DNA of 64,000 nucleotides, taken from Myxococcota bacterium (GTDB lineage Bacteria; Myxococcota_A; UBA9160; JAFDDA01). Shown here in pieces: positions 47,800 through 58,934 of the stretch; position 1 is the stretch's first letter; each line of letters starts with the position of its first letter. The DNA lies in assembly GCA_965228475.1 (NCBI GenBank), contig OZ245817.1, positions 4,512,001 to 4,576,000 on the forward strand, read 5' to 3'. The notes under the pieces were generated by a model that had not been told where the DNA came from, made no database searches, and was given only the letters and a program-made list of their open reading frames with translations. Position numbers and translations under genes: made by a program.

Positions 47800-49234
47800 A
47801 GCCCTCGAACGCATCACGAAGCAGGAGTACAAGTACGGCTTCGTCACGGACATCGAGCAGGACACCGTCCCGCCCGGTCTCGACGAAGGCGTCATCCGCT
47901 TCATCTCGGCCAAGAAGGAAGAGCCCCAGTGGCTGCTCGACTGGCGGCTCGAGGCCTTCGCGCGCTGGCAGCGCATGGCGGACGAGGAGCCGACCTGGGC
48001 GATGGTCGACTACCCCGAGATCGACTACCAGGCCATCTCCTACTACGCGGCGCCGAAGGAGCAGAAGAAGCTCGAGAGCCTCGACGAGGTCGACCCCGAG
48101 CTGCGCGCCACCTACGACAAGCTCGGCATCTCCCTCGACGAGCAGAAGCGCCTGGCGAACGTCGCCGTCGACGCGGTCTTCGACAGCGTCTCGGTGGCCA
48201 CGACCTTCAAGAAAGAGCTCGAGAAGCACGGCATCGTCTTCTGCTCGTTCTCCGAGGCCGTGAAGAACCACGGCGACCTCGTACGCGAGTACCTGGGCAC
48301 CGTCGTGCCCCAGGGCGACAACTACTTCGCCGCCCTGAACTCCGCCGTCTTCAGCGACGGCTCCTTCGTCTACATCCCGAAGGGCGTGCGCTGCCCGATG
48401 GAGCTCTCGACCTACTTCCGGATCAACGCCGAGAACACCGGACAGTTCGAGCGCACGCTGATCGTGGCGGACGAGGGCTCCTACGTCTCCTACCTGGAAG
48501 GCTGCACGGCACCGCAGCGGGACGAGAACCAGCTCCATGCGGCGGTCGTCGAGCTCGTGGCGCTCGGCGACGCCGAGATCAAGTACTCGACCGTCCAGAA
48601 CTGGTATCCGGGCGACGCGGAAGGTCGCGGCGGGATCTACAACTTCGTGACCAAGCGCGGCGCCTGCCGCGGCGCGCGCTCGAAGATCTCCTGGACCCAG
48701 GTGGAGACCGGCTCGGCCATCACCTGGAAGTACCCGAGCTGCATCCTCCAGGGCGACGATTCGGTCGGCGAGTTCTACTCCGTGGCGCTCACGAACAACC
48801 GCCAGCAGGCCGACACCGGCACGAAGATGATCCACATCGGCCGCAACACGAAGAGCACGATCATCTCGAAGGGCATCTCCGCCGGACGCGGGCAGAACAC
48901 CTACCGCGGCCTGGTGAAGATCAGCCCCAAGGCCGCGGGGGCACGCAACTATTCGCAGTGCGATTCGCTGCTCCTCGGCGACCAGTGCGGCGCGCACACC
49001 TTCCCCTATCTCGAGGTGAAGAACGACGCCGCCACCGTCGAGCACGAGGCCACGACCTCGCGCATCGGGGAAGACCAGCTCTTCTACTGCCGCCAGCGCG
49101 GCATCTCGGAAGAGGATGCGATCTCGATGATCGTGAACGGGTTCTGCAAGGAAGTCCTGCGCGAGCTCCCCATGGAGTTCGCCGTCGAAGCCCAGAACCT
49201 CCTGGGCGTCAGCCTGGAAGGATCGGTGGGTTAG
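47792..49234 (+). CDS. sufB: Fe-S cluster assembly protein SufB
   Basis: [56 protein letters not shown]. Confidence 0.98.
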   Translation: MSEALERITKQEYKYGFVTDIEQDTVPPGLDEGVIRFISAKKEEPQWLLDWRLEAFARWQRMADEEPTWAMVDYPEIDYQAISYYAAPKEQKKLESLDEVDPELRATYDKLGISLDEQKRLANVAVDAVFDSVSVATTFKKELEKHGIVFCSFSEAVKNHGDLVREYLGTVVPQGDNYFAALNSAVFSDGSFVYIPKGVRCPMELSTYFRINAENTGQFERTLIVADEGSYVSYLEGCTAPQRDENQLHAAVVELVALGDAEIKYSTVQNWYPGDAEGRGGIYNFVTKRGACRGARSKISWTQVETGSAITWKYPSCILQGDDSVGEFYSVALTNNRQQADTGTKMIHIGRNTKSTIISKGISAGRGQNTYRGLVKISPKAAGARNYSQCDSLLLGDQCGAHTFPYLEVKNDAATVEHEATTSRIGEDQLFYCRQRGISEEDAISMIVNGFCKEVLRELPMEFAVEAQNLLGVSLEGSVG

Positions 49235-49245
49235 TGGGAGACGCG

Positions 49246-49991
<746 letters not shown>

Positions 49992-49995
<4 letters not shown>

Positions 49996-51281
49996 ACCCC
50001 GTCGAGCACTGGCAGGAGCGCTTCGCCGCGCAGGGCCCTTCGGGCATCGAAGCCGCGCGGCGCAAAGCCCTCGACCACTTCGCGGCCGAGGGCTTCCCGG
50101 GGCGGCGGAACGAGGAGTGGAAGTACACGAACCCCGCGCGCATCGCGAAGACGGCGTGGGAGGCGGCCCCCCGGAGCTTCGAACTCGACCGCGAGACTCT
50201 CGAGTGGCTCTCCTCGCCAGTCTTCGCCTGCAGCGTCTTCGTGTTCGTCGACGGGCGCTACGTGGCCGACCTCTCGGCCCCGGCAGCCCTCGGCGGCCAG
50301 CTCGGGTTCTCGAACTTCGCCGGAGGCCCCGAGGAGGCGTTCATCGACTCCGTCGGCAGCGCGGTGACGCCCTTCGGTGCGCTCAACACGGCCTTCTTCG
50401 AGGACGGCGCCCACGTGCGCATCGCGAAGGGCAGCCACATCGAGGAGCCGATCCACCTCGTCTTCGTGAACACCGGCGGAGACGACCCGGTCTCGAGCCA
50501 CCCGCGCGTGCGGGTGGAGGCGGCAGCCGGCAGCCACGTCATGGTCATCGAGGACCACGTGAGCCTCGCCGGCGGCGCGACCTTCACCAACGGCGTCACC
50601 GAGATCGACGTCGCCGAGAACGCGGCGGTGGACTGGATCAAGATCCAGCGGGAGGATCCCTCGACCTTCCACGTCTCGGAGATGCGCGGCAACGTCGGCC
50701 GTGACGCCCGGCTCTCCGCGGCCACGCTCTCCTTCGGCAGCGCTCTCCTGCGCAACGACGCCCGCGTGCGGCTCTCGGCGCCGGGCGCCCACTGCGATCT
50801 TCGCGGCCTGTTCGTCGCCGGCGGCAGCCAGCTCGTCGACAACCACACCTGGGTCGACCACGCGGAGCCCCACTGCACGAGCGACGAGCTCTACAAGGGC
50901 ATCCTCGACGGCCAGGCGCGCGGCGTGTTCAACGGGCGCGTCGTGGTGCGGCCGGACGCCCAGAAGACCAACGCCGCCCAGCAGAACCCGAACCTGCTGC
51001 TCTCGCGCGATGCCGAGATCAACACCCAGCCCCAGCTCGAGATCTACGCCGACGACGTGAAGTGCAGCCACGGCTCGACCGTCGGCCAGCTCGACGAGGC
51101 CTCCCTCTTCTACCTGCGCTCGCGCGGCATCCCCGAGCACGACGCGCGGAACCTCCTCATGCGCGGGTTCGTCTCCGAGATCACGAGCGCCCTCGCCGTG
51201 CCGGCCATCGGCGCGCGGGTGGACGACCTCGTCGTCGAGCGGCTCGGCATCGCGCGCGACCTCCCGAAGGAGGACACGTGA
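49992..51281 (+). CDS. sufD: Fe-S cluster assembly protein SufD
   Basis: EEWKYT, ALNTAF, VFNGRV, PQLEIYADDVKCSHG, FYLRSRGI. Confidence 0.95.
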
Positions 51282-52510
51282 CGCATCTCACCCCGGAGGA
51301 CGTCACGCGGCTGCGCAAGGATTTCCCGGTCCTCGAGCAGGAGGTCCACGGCAAACCGCTCGTCTACCTCGACAGCGCTGCGACCGCACAGAAGCCCCGC
51401 GCCGTGATCGACGCCGTCGCGCACCACTACGAGCGCGACAACGCGAACATCCACCGCGGCGTCCACGCCCTGGCCCAGCGCTCGACGGACGCCTACGAGG
51501 GCGCCCGCACCAGGCTCGCGCGCTTCCTCGGGGCGGGGGACGCCAAGGAGATCGTCTTCACGCGCGGCACGACCGAGGCCATCAACCTCGTGGCCTGCGC
51601 CTTCGGTGCGCAGGAAGTCGGCGCCGGGGACGAGATCCTCGTCACCGAGATGGAGCACCACTCGAACATCGTCCCGTGGCAGCTCCTCTGCGAGCGCACG
51701 GGCGCGAAGCTCGTCGTGGCCCCGATCGACGAACGCGGCCAGCTCGACGTCGACGCCTTCCGGGCGCGCCTCTCCTCGCGCACGAAGGTCGCGGCCTTCG
51801 GACACGTCTCGAACGCCCTGGGCACGATCAACCCCGTCGAGGATCTCGTCGCCCTGGCCCGCGGCGCCGGCGCGGTGACCGTCGTCGACGGTGCCCAGGC
51901 CACGCCGCACCTCGCCGTCGACGTCGCCGCCCTCGGCTGCGACTTCTACGCCGTGAGCGGCCACAAGATGTTCGGTCCGACCGGCATCGGCGCCCTCTAT
52001 GGCCGGGCGGAGCGGCTCGAAGCCATGCCGCCCTGGCAGGGGGGCGGAGAGATGATCCTGACCGTCACCTTCGAGGGCACGGAGTACGCCGACGTGCCGC
52101 ACAAGTTCGAAGCGGGCACGCCGAACATCGCCGGAGCCGTCGGCCTCGGCGCCGCGGTCGACTACCTCGAAGCGATCGGCATGGAGCGGATCGGCGCCTG
52201 GGAGCACGAACTCCTCGCCCACGGAACGGATCTCCTCACGAGCATCCCCGAGGTGCGCCTCATCGGCACCGCCGAACACAAGGCCGGCGTCCTCTCCTTC
52301 CTGATCGATGGCGTCCACTCCCACGACGTCGGGACCATCCTCGACATGGAAGGCATCGCGGTCCGCACCGGCCACCACTGCGCCCAGCCGGTGATGGACC
52401 ACTTCGGGGTCGCGGCCACCACGCGCGCCTCCCTCGCCTTCTACAACACCAAGGAAGAGCTCGACCGCCTCGCGGCCGGCATCCGCAAGGTGCTGGAGAT
52501 GTTCGCGTGA
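51278..52510 (+). CDS. sufS: cysteine desulfurase SufS
   Basis: YLDSAATAQKP, EHHSN, SGHKMFGPTG, FEAGTP, RTGHHCAQP. Confidence 0.97.
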   Translation: MTHLTPEDVTRLRKDFPVLEQEVHGKPLVYLDSAATAQKPRAVIDAVAHHYERDNANIHRGVHALAQRSTDAYEGARTRLARFLGAGDAKEIVFTRGTTEAINLVACAFGAQEVGAGDEILVTEMEHHSNIVPWQLLCERTGAKLVVAPIDERGQLDVDAFRARLSSRTKVAAFGHVSNALGTINPVEDLVALARGAGAVTVVDGAQATPHLAVDVAALGCDFYAVSGHKMFGPTGIGALYGRAERLEAMPPWQGGGEMILTVTFEGTEYADVPHKFEAGTPNIAGAVGLGAAVDYLEAIGMERIGAWEHELLAHGTDLLTSIPEVRLIGTAEHKAGVLSFLIDGVHSHDVGTILDMEGIAVRTGHHCAQPVMDHFGVAATTRASLAFYNTKEELDRLAAGIRKVLEMFA

Positions 52511-52965
52511 GCGACCTCCGCGAGCTCTACCAGACGACGATCCTCGACCACGGGAAGTCGCCGCGAAACTTCGGGCCGCTCTCCGCGGCGAACCGGACGG
52601 CGGCCGGCCACAACCCGCTGTGCGGCGACAAGCTCACGCTGTACCTCGAGGTGGAGGACGATCACATCCGGCACGCCGCCTTCGAAGGCTCGGGCTGCGC
52701 GATCTCGACGGCCTCGGCTTCGATGCTGACGGAGGCGGTCGAGGGAAAGACCGTGGCCGAAGCTACCGCGCTGTTCGAACGATTCCACGAATGGGTCGCC
52801 GGGCAGGGCGAAGCGGACATCGCCTCGGAGGAGGCGGCCGACCTCGGCAAGCTCGCCGTGTTCGGCGGCGTCCGGGAGTTCCCCATGCGCGTCAAGTGCG
52901 CGACGCTCGCCTGGCACGCGATGAACTCGGCCCTCGGCACGGGCGATACGGTAAAGACGGAGTAG
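52507..52965 (+). CDS. sufU: SufU (NifU-like) sulfur transfer protein
   Basis: LYQTTILDH, NPLCGD, GCAIS, RVKCATLAW. Confidence 0.95.
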   Translation: MSDLRELYQTTILDHGKSPRNFGPLSAANRTAAGHNPLCGDKLTLYLEVEDDHIRHAAFEGSGCAISTASASMLTEAVEGKTVAEATALFERFHEWVAGQGEADIASEEAADLGKLAVFGGVREFPMRVKCATLAWHAMNSALGTGDTVKTE

Positions 52966-52967
52966 AC

Positions 52968-53309
52968 ATGTCGGACGCCACGGAAACCCCGCAGGCCGCA
53001 CAGGCGGCATCTCTTCGCGACCGCGTCATCGAGGTCTTGAAGACCTGCTACGACCCCGAGATCCCCGTCGACATCTACGAGCTCGGCCTGATCTACGAGG
53101 TCGCCACCGACGAGGCCGAGGGCAAGGTCGAGATCAGCATGACGCTCACCTCGCCGATGTGTCCGGTGGCCGAGATCCTGCCCCCCGAGGTCGAGTCCAA
53201 GGTCCGGCTGCTCGACGGCGTCTCCGCCGCGAAGGTCGAAGTCACCTGGGAGCCGCCGTGGAACCCGGGCATGATGTCCGAGGCGGCCCGCCTCGAACTC
53301 AACATGTAG
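52968..53309 (+). CDS. DUF59/SufT-like Fe-S maturation protein
   Basis: DPEIPVDIYELGLIY, MTLTSPMCP, WEPPW..MSEAAR. Confidence 0.93.
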   Translation: MSDATETPQAAQAASLRDRVIEVLKTCYDPEIPVDIYELGLIYEVATDEAEGKVEISMTLTSPMCPVAEILPPEVESKVRLLDGVSAAKVEVTWEPPWNPGMMSEAARLELNM

Positions 53310-53311
53310 GC

Positions 53312-53731
53312 ATGGCCCGGGCCGTCCTCACCCACGTCGCGCTCCGCGTCCACGACATCGACGCGACGATCGCCTTCTACGAACGCTACGCCGGCTTCGA
53401 GGTCGCCCACGATCGCAGGGACGATTCGACCCGGGTCGTCTGGCTCGCCGAGGACGCGGCGGACCCGGACTTCGTGATCGTCGTGATGGCCATGCCGGCC
53501 GACGCCCAGCCCGAGAAGCGCCCGATCGACCACCTGGGGTTCGCCGTGGCCTCCCGCGAGGAAGTCGACCGGCTGGGAGCGCTCGGCGAGGCCGACGGCT
53601 GCCTGGTGCTCGCGCCCGCCGAGTACGGCCCGGTGGTCGGGTACATCTGCGAGGTCGCGGACCCCGACGGCAACGTCTGCGAGTTCTCGCACGGCCAGGC
53701 GATCCACCCGCGTCATCTGCCGAAGGCCTGA
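53312..53731 (+). CDS. VOC (glyoxalase) family protein
   Basis: THVALRV..FY, DHLGF, DPDGNVCEFS. Confidence 0.88.
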   Translation: MARAVLTHVALRVHDIDATIAFYERYAGFEVAHDRRDDSTRVVWLAEDAADPDFVIVVMAMPADAQPEKRPIDHLGFAVASREEVDRLGALGEADGCLVLAPAEYGPVVGYICEVADPDGNVCEFSHGQAIHPRHLPKA

Positions 53732-53735
53732 CGCG

Positions 53736-54599
53736 CTAGCGACGGCGCCGCGCGGAGACCACGGCCAGGCCCGCGAGCAGTGCCAGCCAACCGAGCGACG
53801 GCTCCGGCACCGCGCTCACGAACGTCGGCACGCCGAGGCCATCCGTGAAGCGCACCTCGAGGCGGGCGACGATCGGAAGGATGTTGCCCAGCGCGGTGAC
53901 CCGGGACGGCGTCACCAACGAGAACTGCTGCGTGCCGACGCTGCCCGTGCGGGTGATCGGGGTCCCCCCACTGGAGGTCGAGAGTGCCACCCAAGCCGTG
54001 CCGACGGTCCACGGCGCCGCGTCGAAGCCGAATCCGCCGACGGTGACCGGGGCCGTCCCGCCGAGGCCGACGTTCAAGGCGGCCAGATCGAAGGGAATCG
54101 TCACGATGTTCGGAACGACCTGCAGATTCACCGTGCCGGCCAGGCCCATGAAGCCGCCGAAACCCAGCTGCCCCGCGCAGGCGACCCCGTAGGTCAGCGG
54201 GCCGCCCGAACAGGGCGGTTCTCCAGGCAGCCCCGCTCCCCCGCCGACCGAGAACGTCGCGGCCAGGTTCGAGAGCTTCGACGCGGTGACCCCGGCGATG
54301 GCGGTGGAAACCCCGTAGTCGATCCCGACGAAGGGCGTCGCGAGCGTGGCCAGCCCCGCCGCCAGGCCGATCGTCCCGGCCGTTTCGTCGACCGTGACGG
54401 TGCCGACCCCGGCCGCGATCGGGCCGTAGACGAAGGCGCAGCTGTAGCAGCCGCCGGGGAGCATCTTCAGCCCGACCATCTCGATCGAGAGCTCGAGCTC
54501 GACCGGCCGCGCGACGGGCGCCGCCTCGGCCGTGTCGACGTCGAAGGCCGTTCCCGCGAACGAGAGTACGAGGAAGAGGACGACGACGGATCGCGTCAT
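53736..54599 (-). CDS. PEP-CTERM exosortase target protein
   Basis: Signal peptide (AEA), Gly/Thr-rich body, C-terminal VPEP + TM helix + RRRR; GGAGG SD. Confidence 0.88.
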   Translation of the reverse strand: MTRSVVVLFLVLSFAGTAFDVDTAEAAPVARPVELELSIEMVGLKMLPGGCYSCAFVYGPIAAGVGTVTVDETAGTIGLAAGLATLATPFVGIDYGVSTAIAGVTASKLSNLAATFSVGGGAGLPGEPPCSGGPLTYGVACAGQLGFGGFMGLAGTVNLQVVPNIVTIPFDLAALNVGLGGTAPVTVGGFGFDAAPWTVGTAWVALSTSSGGTPITRTGSVGTQQFSLVTPSRVTALGNILPIVARLEVRFTDGLGVPTFVSAVPEPSLGWLALLAGLAVVSARRRR

Positions 54600-54746
54600 G
54601 GCGCCTCCCATGCCTCGGTGGACGGGCCCGGCAAATGGGCGCTCGAGGCCGCCCCATTCTATCACCACCGGGTATCATGCAGGGCGAGCGCCCTTGTGAC
54701 CGGATCCGGCGTAGAACGCGCCCCGACCCGGAGGAGTGTCGGCTCC

Positions 54747-55715
54747 ATGAGCGACCGAGTGGAAGGCAACCCCGTGGGCCCGGCCATCGATGCGGAGCGC
54801 GTGCTCGTCACCGGCGCCAACGGCGCCCTCGGGCGCCAACTCTTCGCAGCCCTCGCGGGCGGCAAGGGGCGCGCCGCGGCGGTCGTCCGCTCCGAGAACG
54901 CCGCGGACACCCTGCGCGAGCTCGACGAATCGATCCGCCCGGAGATCCGCACCGTCAGCTACGTCGACACGGACGGGCTCGCGCGCGCCATGGAAGGCCG
55001 CGACCTCGTCGTCCACCTGGTCGGCATCCTCAAGGAGACGAAGCACTCGCGCTATCGCGACGCGCACGAGAAGGCCACGGCGGCCGTGGCCGCGGCCGCC
55101 GCCAAGAACGGCGTGAAGCGCGTCGTCTACCTCTCGATCCTCGGCTCCGAACCGGGCGCGGAGAACCGCTGCCTCGCCTCGAAGGGGCGAGCCGAGCAGC
55201 TGCTGCTCGGCCACGAGGTTCCCGCGACGGTGATCCGGCTCCCGATGGTGCTCGGCCAGGGCGACGCGGCGTCCCGCGCCCTGCGCGGCCAGGCCCACGC
55301 GAAGGTCCTCCCCCTGATCGGCGGCGGGCGCAGCCTCGAGCAGCCCATCGATGCGGACGACGTGATCGCCGCGGTGCTCGCCGCGGCGGTGAACCCCGCC
55401 CTCGACGACCATGCACTCGACCTCGCCGGCCCGGAGTCTCTCCGGCAGCGCGAACTCATCACCCGCGCCGCGGCCCTCTACGGAAAGAAGCCGCGCATCG
55501 TCTCGCTGCCCGAAGGCGCCGTGCGCTTCGGCGTCCACCTGCTCGAACGCTTCTCCGGCGAACCGCCGATCACCAGCCCCATGCTCGACGTTCTGCTCCA
55601 CGACGATCACATCGACCCGGAGCCCGCCGCTCGCGCCCTCGGAATCCGTCTGACCCCCCTCGATGAAATGCTCGCGCGCCGGGTCGGACCCGACGCGCCG
55701 GGAGCCCCTGCTTGA
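54747..55715 (+). CDS. NAD(P)-binding atypical SDR (NDUFA9-like)
   Basis: VLVTGANGALG, VHLVGI, SKGRAE, QPIDADDV, DLAGPE. Confidence 0.85.
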   Translation: MSDRVEGNPVGPAIDAERVLVTGANGALGRQLFAALAGGKGRAAAVVRSENAADTLRELDESIRPEIRTVSYVDTDGLARAMEGRDLVVHLVGILKETKHSRYRDAHEKATAAVAAAAAKNGVKRVVYLSILGSEPGAENRCLASKGRAEQLLLGHEVPATVIRLPMVLGQGDAASRALRGQAHAKVLPLIGGGRSLEQPIDADDVIAAVLAAAVNPALDDHALDLAGPESLRQRELITRAAALYGKKPRIVSLPEGAVRFGVHLLERFSGEPPITSPMLDVLLHDDHIDPEPAARALGIRLTPLDEMLARRVGPDAPGAPA

Positions 55716-56698
55716 CCACCGAGACCCCGGCCCCCGAAGCCGATCCGACCGTCCCCGAAAAGCCGAAGCCGAGCCTCGCCAAGCGCGTCCTGCCCTGGGT
55801 CGTAACCCTCGGCTGCTTCGCCTTCCTCTACACGCGCATGGCGGGCCCCGCCGCTCGCGAGGGGCTCTCCGTCGCCGAGTACCTCGGGCGCGTGTTCTCC
55901 CAGGTGAGCTGGACTTCCTGGCTCGCGCTGATGGTTCCCTACTCGCTGCTGTTCTTCCTGATCGACTCGCTCGTCGTCTGGCGGACGATCAACTGGTTCA
56001 ACGCGCGCGTCGCCTACACGGACATCCTGCCGGTGCGCGCGAGCACGTACATCCTCTCGATCCTGAACGAGCAGCTCGGCAAGGGCGCCATGGCCGTGTA
56101 CCTGAACCGGCGCGAGGGCGTTCCGGGCTGGAAGCTCGGCTCGAGCATGCTCTTCATCATGGTCTGCGAGATCTACTACCTCTGCGCCTGGGCGAACGTC
56201 GGGGCGGCCCTGCAGCGGGAGTCGCTGCCCGACGTCTTCGACGCCCTGCCCCTCGTCGGCGCGGTCATGCTCGTGCTCTTCGCCATCGGGTACCTCTACT
56301 TCCGCGGCAAGATCCTCCCGAACTTCAACCTGCGCGACCGCCACATCATGACCGCCTTCAGCCAGGCGCGGCTCTGGCAGTACCTGACGATCATCGTGCT
56401 GCGCTCGCCCGCGCTGCTCGCGGCGGTCTTCGTCTACTCGCGAGCGCTTTCGCTGTTCGGCGTCGAAGTCTCGATGCTGCAGATGCTCGGCTACCTGCCG
56501 GTGATCTTCTTCGGCGCGGCCGTTCCGGGGCCCTTCCGCGCCGTCGCCATCTCGATGTGGGTGATCCTCTTCCCGGACCACCCGGCCGAGATGTCGGCCT
56601 TCGGGCTCGTCCAGCACAACTTCTTCATCTTCTTCAACGCCGCGATCGGCCTCGTCTTCATGCGGCGCGCCAACCGCGAGATCTTCGGCAGCGCATGA
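55712..56698 (+). CDS. multi-pass membrane protein (lysylphosphatidylglycerol-synthase-TM/flippase-like)
   Basis: About 8 TM segments, translationally coupled to the SDR; family call tentative. Confidence 0.6.
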   Translation: MTTETPAPEADPTVPEKPKPSLAKRVLPWVVTLGCFAFLYTRMAGPAAREGLSVAEYLGRVFSQVSWTSWLALMVPYSLLFFLIDSLVVWRTINWFNARVAYTDILPVRASTYILSILNEQLGKGAMAVYLNRREGVPGWKLGSSMLFIMVCEIYYLCAWANVGAALQRESLPDVFDALPLVGAVMLVLFAIGYLYFRGKILPNFNLRDRHIMTAFSQARLWQYLTIIVLRSPALLAAVFVYSRALSLFGVEVSMLQMLGYLPVIFFGAAVPGPFRAVAISMWVILFPDHPAEMSAFGLVQHNFFIFFNAAIGLVFMRRANREIFGSA

Positions 56699-57120
56699 GT
56701 TCGAGGCAGGCGGCTCTCGACGCCTTCGCGGCCATGCCGCTCACCCTGAAGGGCACCACGAGCTTCTTCGTCGTCTTCGGCGTGGGGTCGCTCGTCGTGG
56801 CGGCGCTGCCGGGCCTCGAGCACCGCGTCGGCGGCGAGACCCTCGGCCAGGGAGAACTCTTCGCGAGCGGCTACGGCGCCTTCGCCATCGGGACGGGGCT
56901 CACGCTCGGTCTCGCCGCGGCAGGGCTCCTGCGCCGGGCCCGCTGGGCGATTCCGCTGACCGCGGCGGCCTACATCCCCCTCGCGCTCGGCGACGCGTGG
57001 TTCGCGGCGGAGCCCCGCATCCTCTGGCAGTCGGCCTGCGCGCTGGCCTGGGCGCTCGGCAGCGGCGCCTACCTGCTCGGGACGCGCGGCTCGCAGGCCT
57101 ACTTCGACGCGTCGCCCTGA
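56695..57120 (+). CDS. hypothetical membrane protein (about 4 TM)
   Basis: ATGA overlap; hydrophobic C-terminal part of ORF 55663..57120. Confidence 0.7.
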   Translation: MSSRQAALDAFAAMPLTLKGTTSFFVVFGVGSLVVAALPGLEHRVGGETLGQGELFASGYGAFAIGTGLTLGLAAAGLLRRARWAIPLTAAAYIPLALGDAWFAAEPRILWQSACALAWALGSGAYLLGTRGSQAYFDASP

Positions 57121-57133
57121 CGCCTCGGCCCGC

Positions 57134-57685
57134 TCAGGGCGACGGCACCGTGCGCCAGCGCTGCGCCATCGACCAGAGCGTCGTAGCGAACAGGAGACAG
57201 CCCGCGGCCCAGACGAGGGTGTCCCAGGGCCACGGCGCGCCGAGCGCGTCGCGGACGAGCGGCGTCCCGAGGAACACGTAGTAGGCGATCCCGTTCCAGC
57301 GGCCGACCGGGTTCGGCCGCAGCGGCCGCCCGGCGCCGACGCGCGAATCCACCACGTACTGCGCGAAGGCGATGCCCACGGCCACGGGCAGCGCCGCCGG
57401 CGCGAGGCCGCGCGCGGCCAGAGCCGCCATCCCGGCGACGTTCAGGAGGGCGTCGGTCGCGTGATCGAGCAGGCCGCCGAGGCTCGACGCCTGACCGAAG
57501 CGGCGCGCGAGGCCACCGTCGGCGAAGTCGCTCGCGCAGGCCGCGACGAACAGCGCGAGGCCGAGGACGGCCTGCTCGCGCAGGATCGCGAGCACGAGGA
57601 AGGGGACGAGCGCGAGCCGCAGCAGCGTCAGCGCGTTCGCCCAGGTCGCGAGCCGGGGCGGTTCGGGCGTCTGGTCGTCGGTCAT
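57134..57685 (-). CDS. CDP-alcohol phosphatidyltransferase family protein
   Basis: ANALTLLRL, DFADGGLARRFGQASSLGGLLDHATD. Confidence 0.9.
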   Translation of the reverse strand: MTDDQTPEPPRLATWANALTLLRLALVPFLVLAILREQAVLGLALFVAACASDFADGGLARRFGQASSLGGLLDHATDALLNVAGMAALAARGLAPAALPVAVGIAFAQYVVDSRVGAGRPLRPNPVGRWNGIAYYVFLGTPLVRDALGAPWPWDTLVWAAGCLLFATTLWSMAQRWRTVPSP

Positions 57686-57746
57686 GCACCCGCTACTCTG
57701 CCAGACCGCGGCACCGCTGGCAGCGCGCCCTTTTTCGAGGCACCCG

Positions 57747-58088
57747 ATGAGACGACGGACCTGGCTCCCCCTCGCGGCTTCCCTCCTGCTCACCGCCTGT
57801 GGCGGTGGCGGGGATGCCGAAGACCCCACGAAGCGCGGGCGTGCCGTCTACCTCGGGAACTGCGTGGCCTGCCACAACCAGAACCCGAAGCTCGCCGGGC
57901 CGATCGGCCCGGCCGTCGCGGGCTCGAGTCTCGAGCTGCTCGAGGCGAAGGTCCTGCGCAACGAGTACCCGCCGGGCTACACCCCGGCGCGCACCACCAA
58001 GGCGATGGTCCCGCTGCCGCACCTCGAAGCGGACCTCCCGGCGCTGGCCGCGTATCTCGGCAGCGTCGCCCCCGCCTCGATCCCCTGA
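57747..58088 (+). CDS. monoheme c-type cytochrome lipoprotein
   Basis: Lipobox LTAC; CVACH heme motif; GP; distal Met (KAMVP). Confidence 0.88.
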   Translation: MRRRTWLPLAASLLLTACGGGGDAEDPTKRGRAVYLGNCVACHNQNPKLAGPIGPAVAGSSLELLEAKVLRNEYPPGYTPARTTKAMVPLPHLEADLPALAAYLGSVAPASIP

Positions 58089-58102
58089 GCCGCCCCCCAA
58101 CG

Positions 58103-58133
58103 AAAAGAGGGCGCCCCGGATCGGGACGCCCTC
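58103..58133 (-). terminator. intrinsic terminator of the PuuD-like gene
   Basis: Minus strand GAGGGCGTCCCG-ATC-CGGGGCGCCCTC followed by TTTT. Confidence 0.8.
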
Positions 58134-58155
58134 CAGGTTCGTTCCGTGCGGCGGG

Positions 58156-58860
58156 CTAGTTCAGGACCGTGCCCAGCACGTAGAGCACCAGCGTCAGGCC
58201 GAGGCCCGCATGGATCGTGCCCGAGACGCTGCCGAGCGGCTTCTGCGTCGCCGCCGGGCCGTTGAAGGCGTTGTACTCGACGAAGAGGATCACGATGCCC
58301 GCGGCGATCCAGTAGACGAGATCGTTGGTGCCGTTGTGCAGCCAGCTCATGTGGCTCGCCGAGCCCATGAAGAAGAGCATCGGGATCGAGAAGAGCGTGT
58401 TGGTGCGCGAGGCGCGGCCCGCGAGGGCGGCCTTGTCCGGCGTGCCGGGGACGGGCTCGCCGCCCGCCGCGACCTGCTCCGCGCTCTTGATCGCGTAGTC
58501 GCGCTGGGCGGGCCAGATCACGAACCACACGTTGTACCACATGAGTGTACCCATCACGCCGCCGGTCAGGATGCGCGTCATGTAGCCGTCGCCGAGCCCG
58601 ATGCCCGAGTGCAGCTTCACGAGCACGATGAGCCAGCCCGTGATGAAGGTGAACATCGCGCCCCAGCGGAACCACCAGAGTGCCGACGGAACCAGGCCGC
58701 GCGTCATGGCGCTCTTCGCGCCGCCGCCGAGCTCGCTGCCGAAGAAGGGCGTCTGGATGAAGTTGAAGTAGTAGAGAACGCCGATCCAGGTGATGCCGGC
58801 CAGGAAGTGGAACCAGCGGAGCAGGAATTCGAAGCCCGCCTGGGTGGTGATGATGTCCAT
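58156..58860 (-). CDS. urate hydroxylase PuuD N-domain (Urate_ox_N) membrane protein
   Basis: RWFHFLAGITWIG, WWFRWGAMFT, MWYNVWFVIWPAQ, ASRTNTLFSIPMLFFM..SH. Confidence 0.85.
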   Translation of the reverse strand: MDIITTQAGFEFLLRWFHFLAGITWIGVLYYFNFIQTPFFGSELGGGAKSAMTRGLVPSALWWFRWGAMFTFITGWLIVLVKLHSGIGLGDGYMTRILTGGVMGTLMWYNVWFVIWPAQRDYAIKSAEQVAAGGEPVPGTPDKAALAGRASRTNTLFSIPMLFFMGSASHMSWLHNGTNDLVYWIAAGIVILFVEYNAFNGPAATQKPLGSVSGTIHAGLGLTLVLYVLGTVLN

Positions 58861-58934
58861 GGGTTGTCTCTTTCCCTGCCTTCAGTTGAGTAGGTCGGTC
58901 GAGTCCGTCGAACGGAACTCGACGTGGAGTCATT

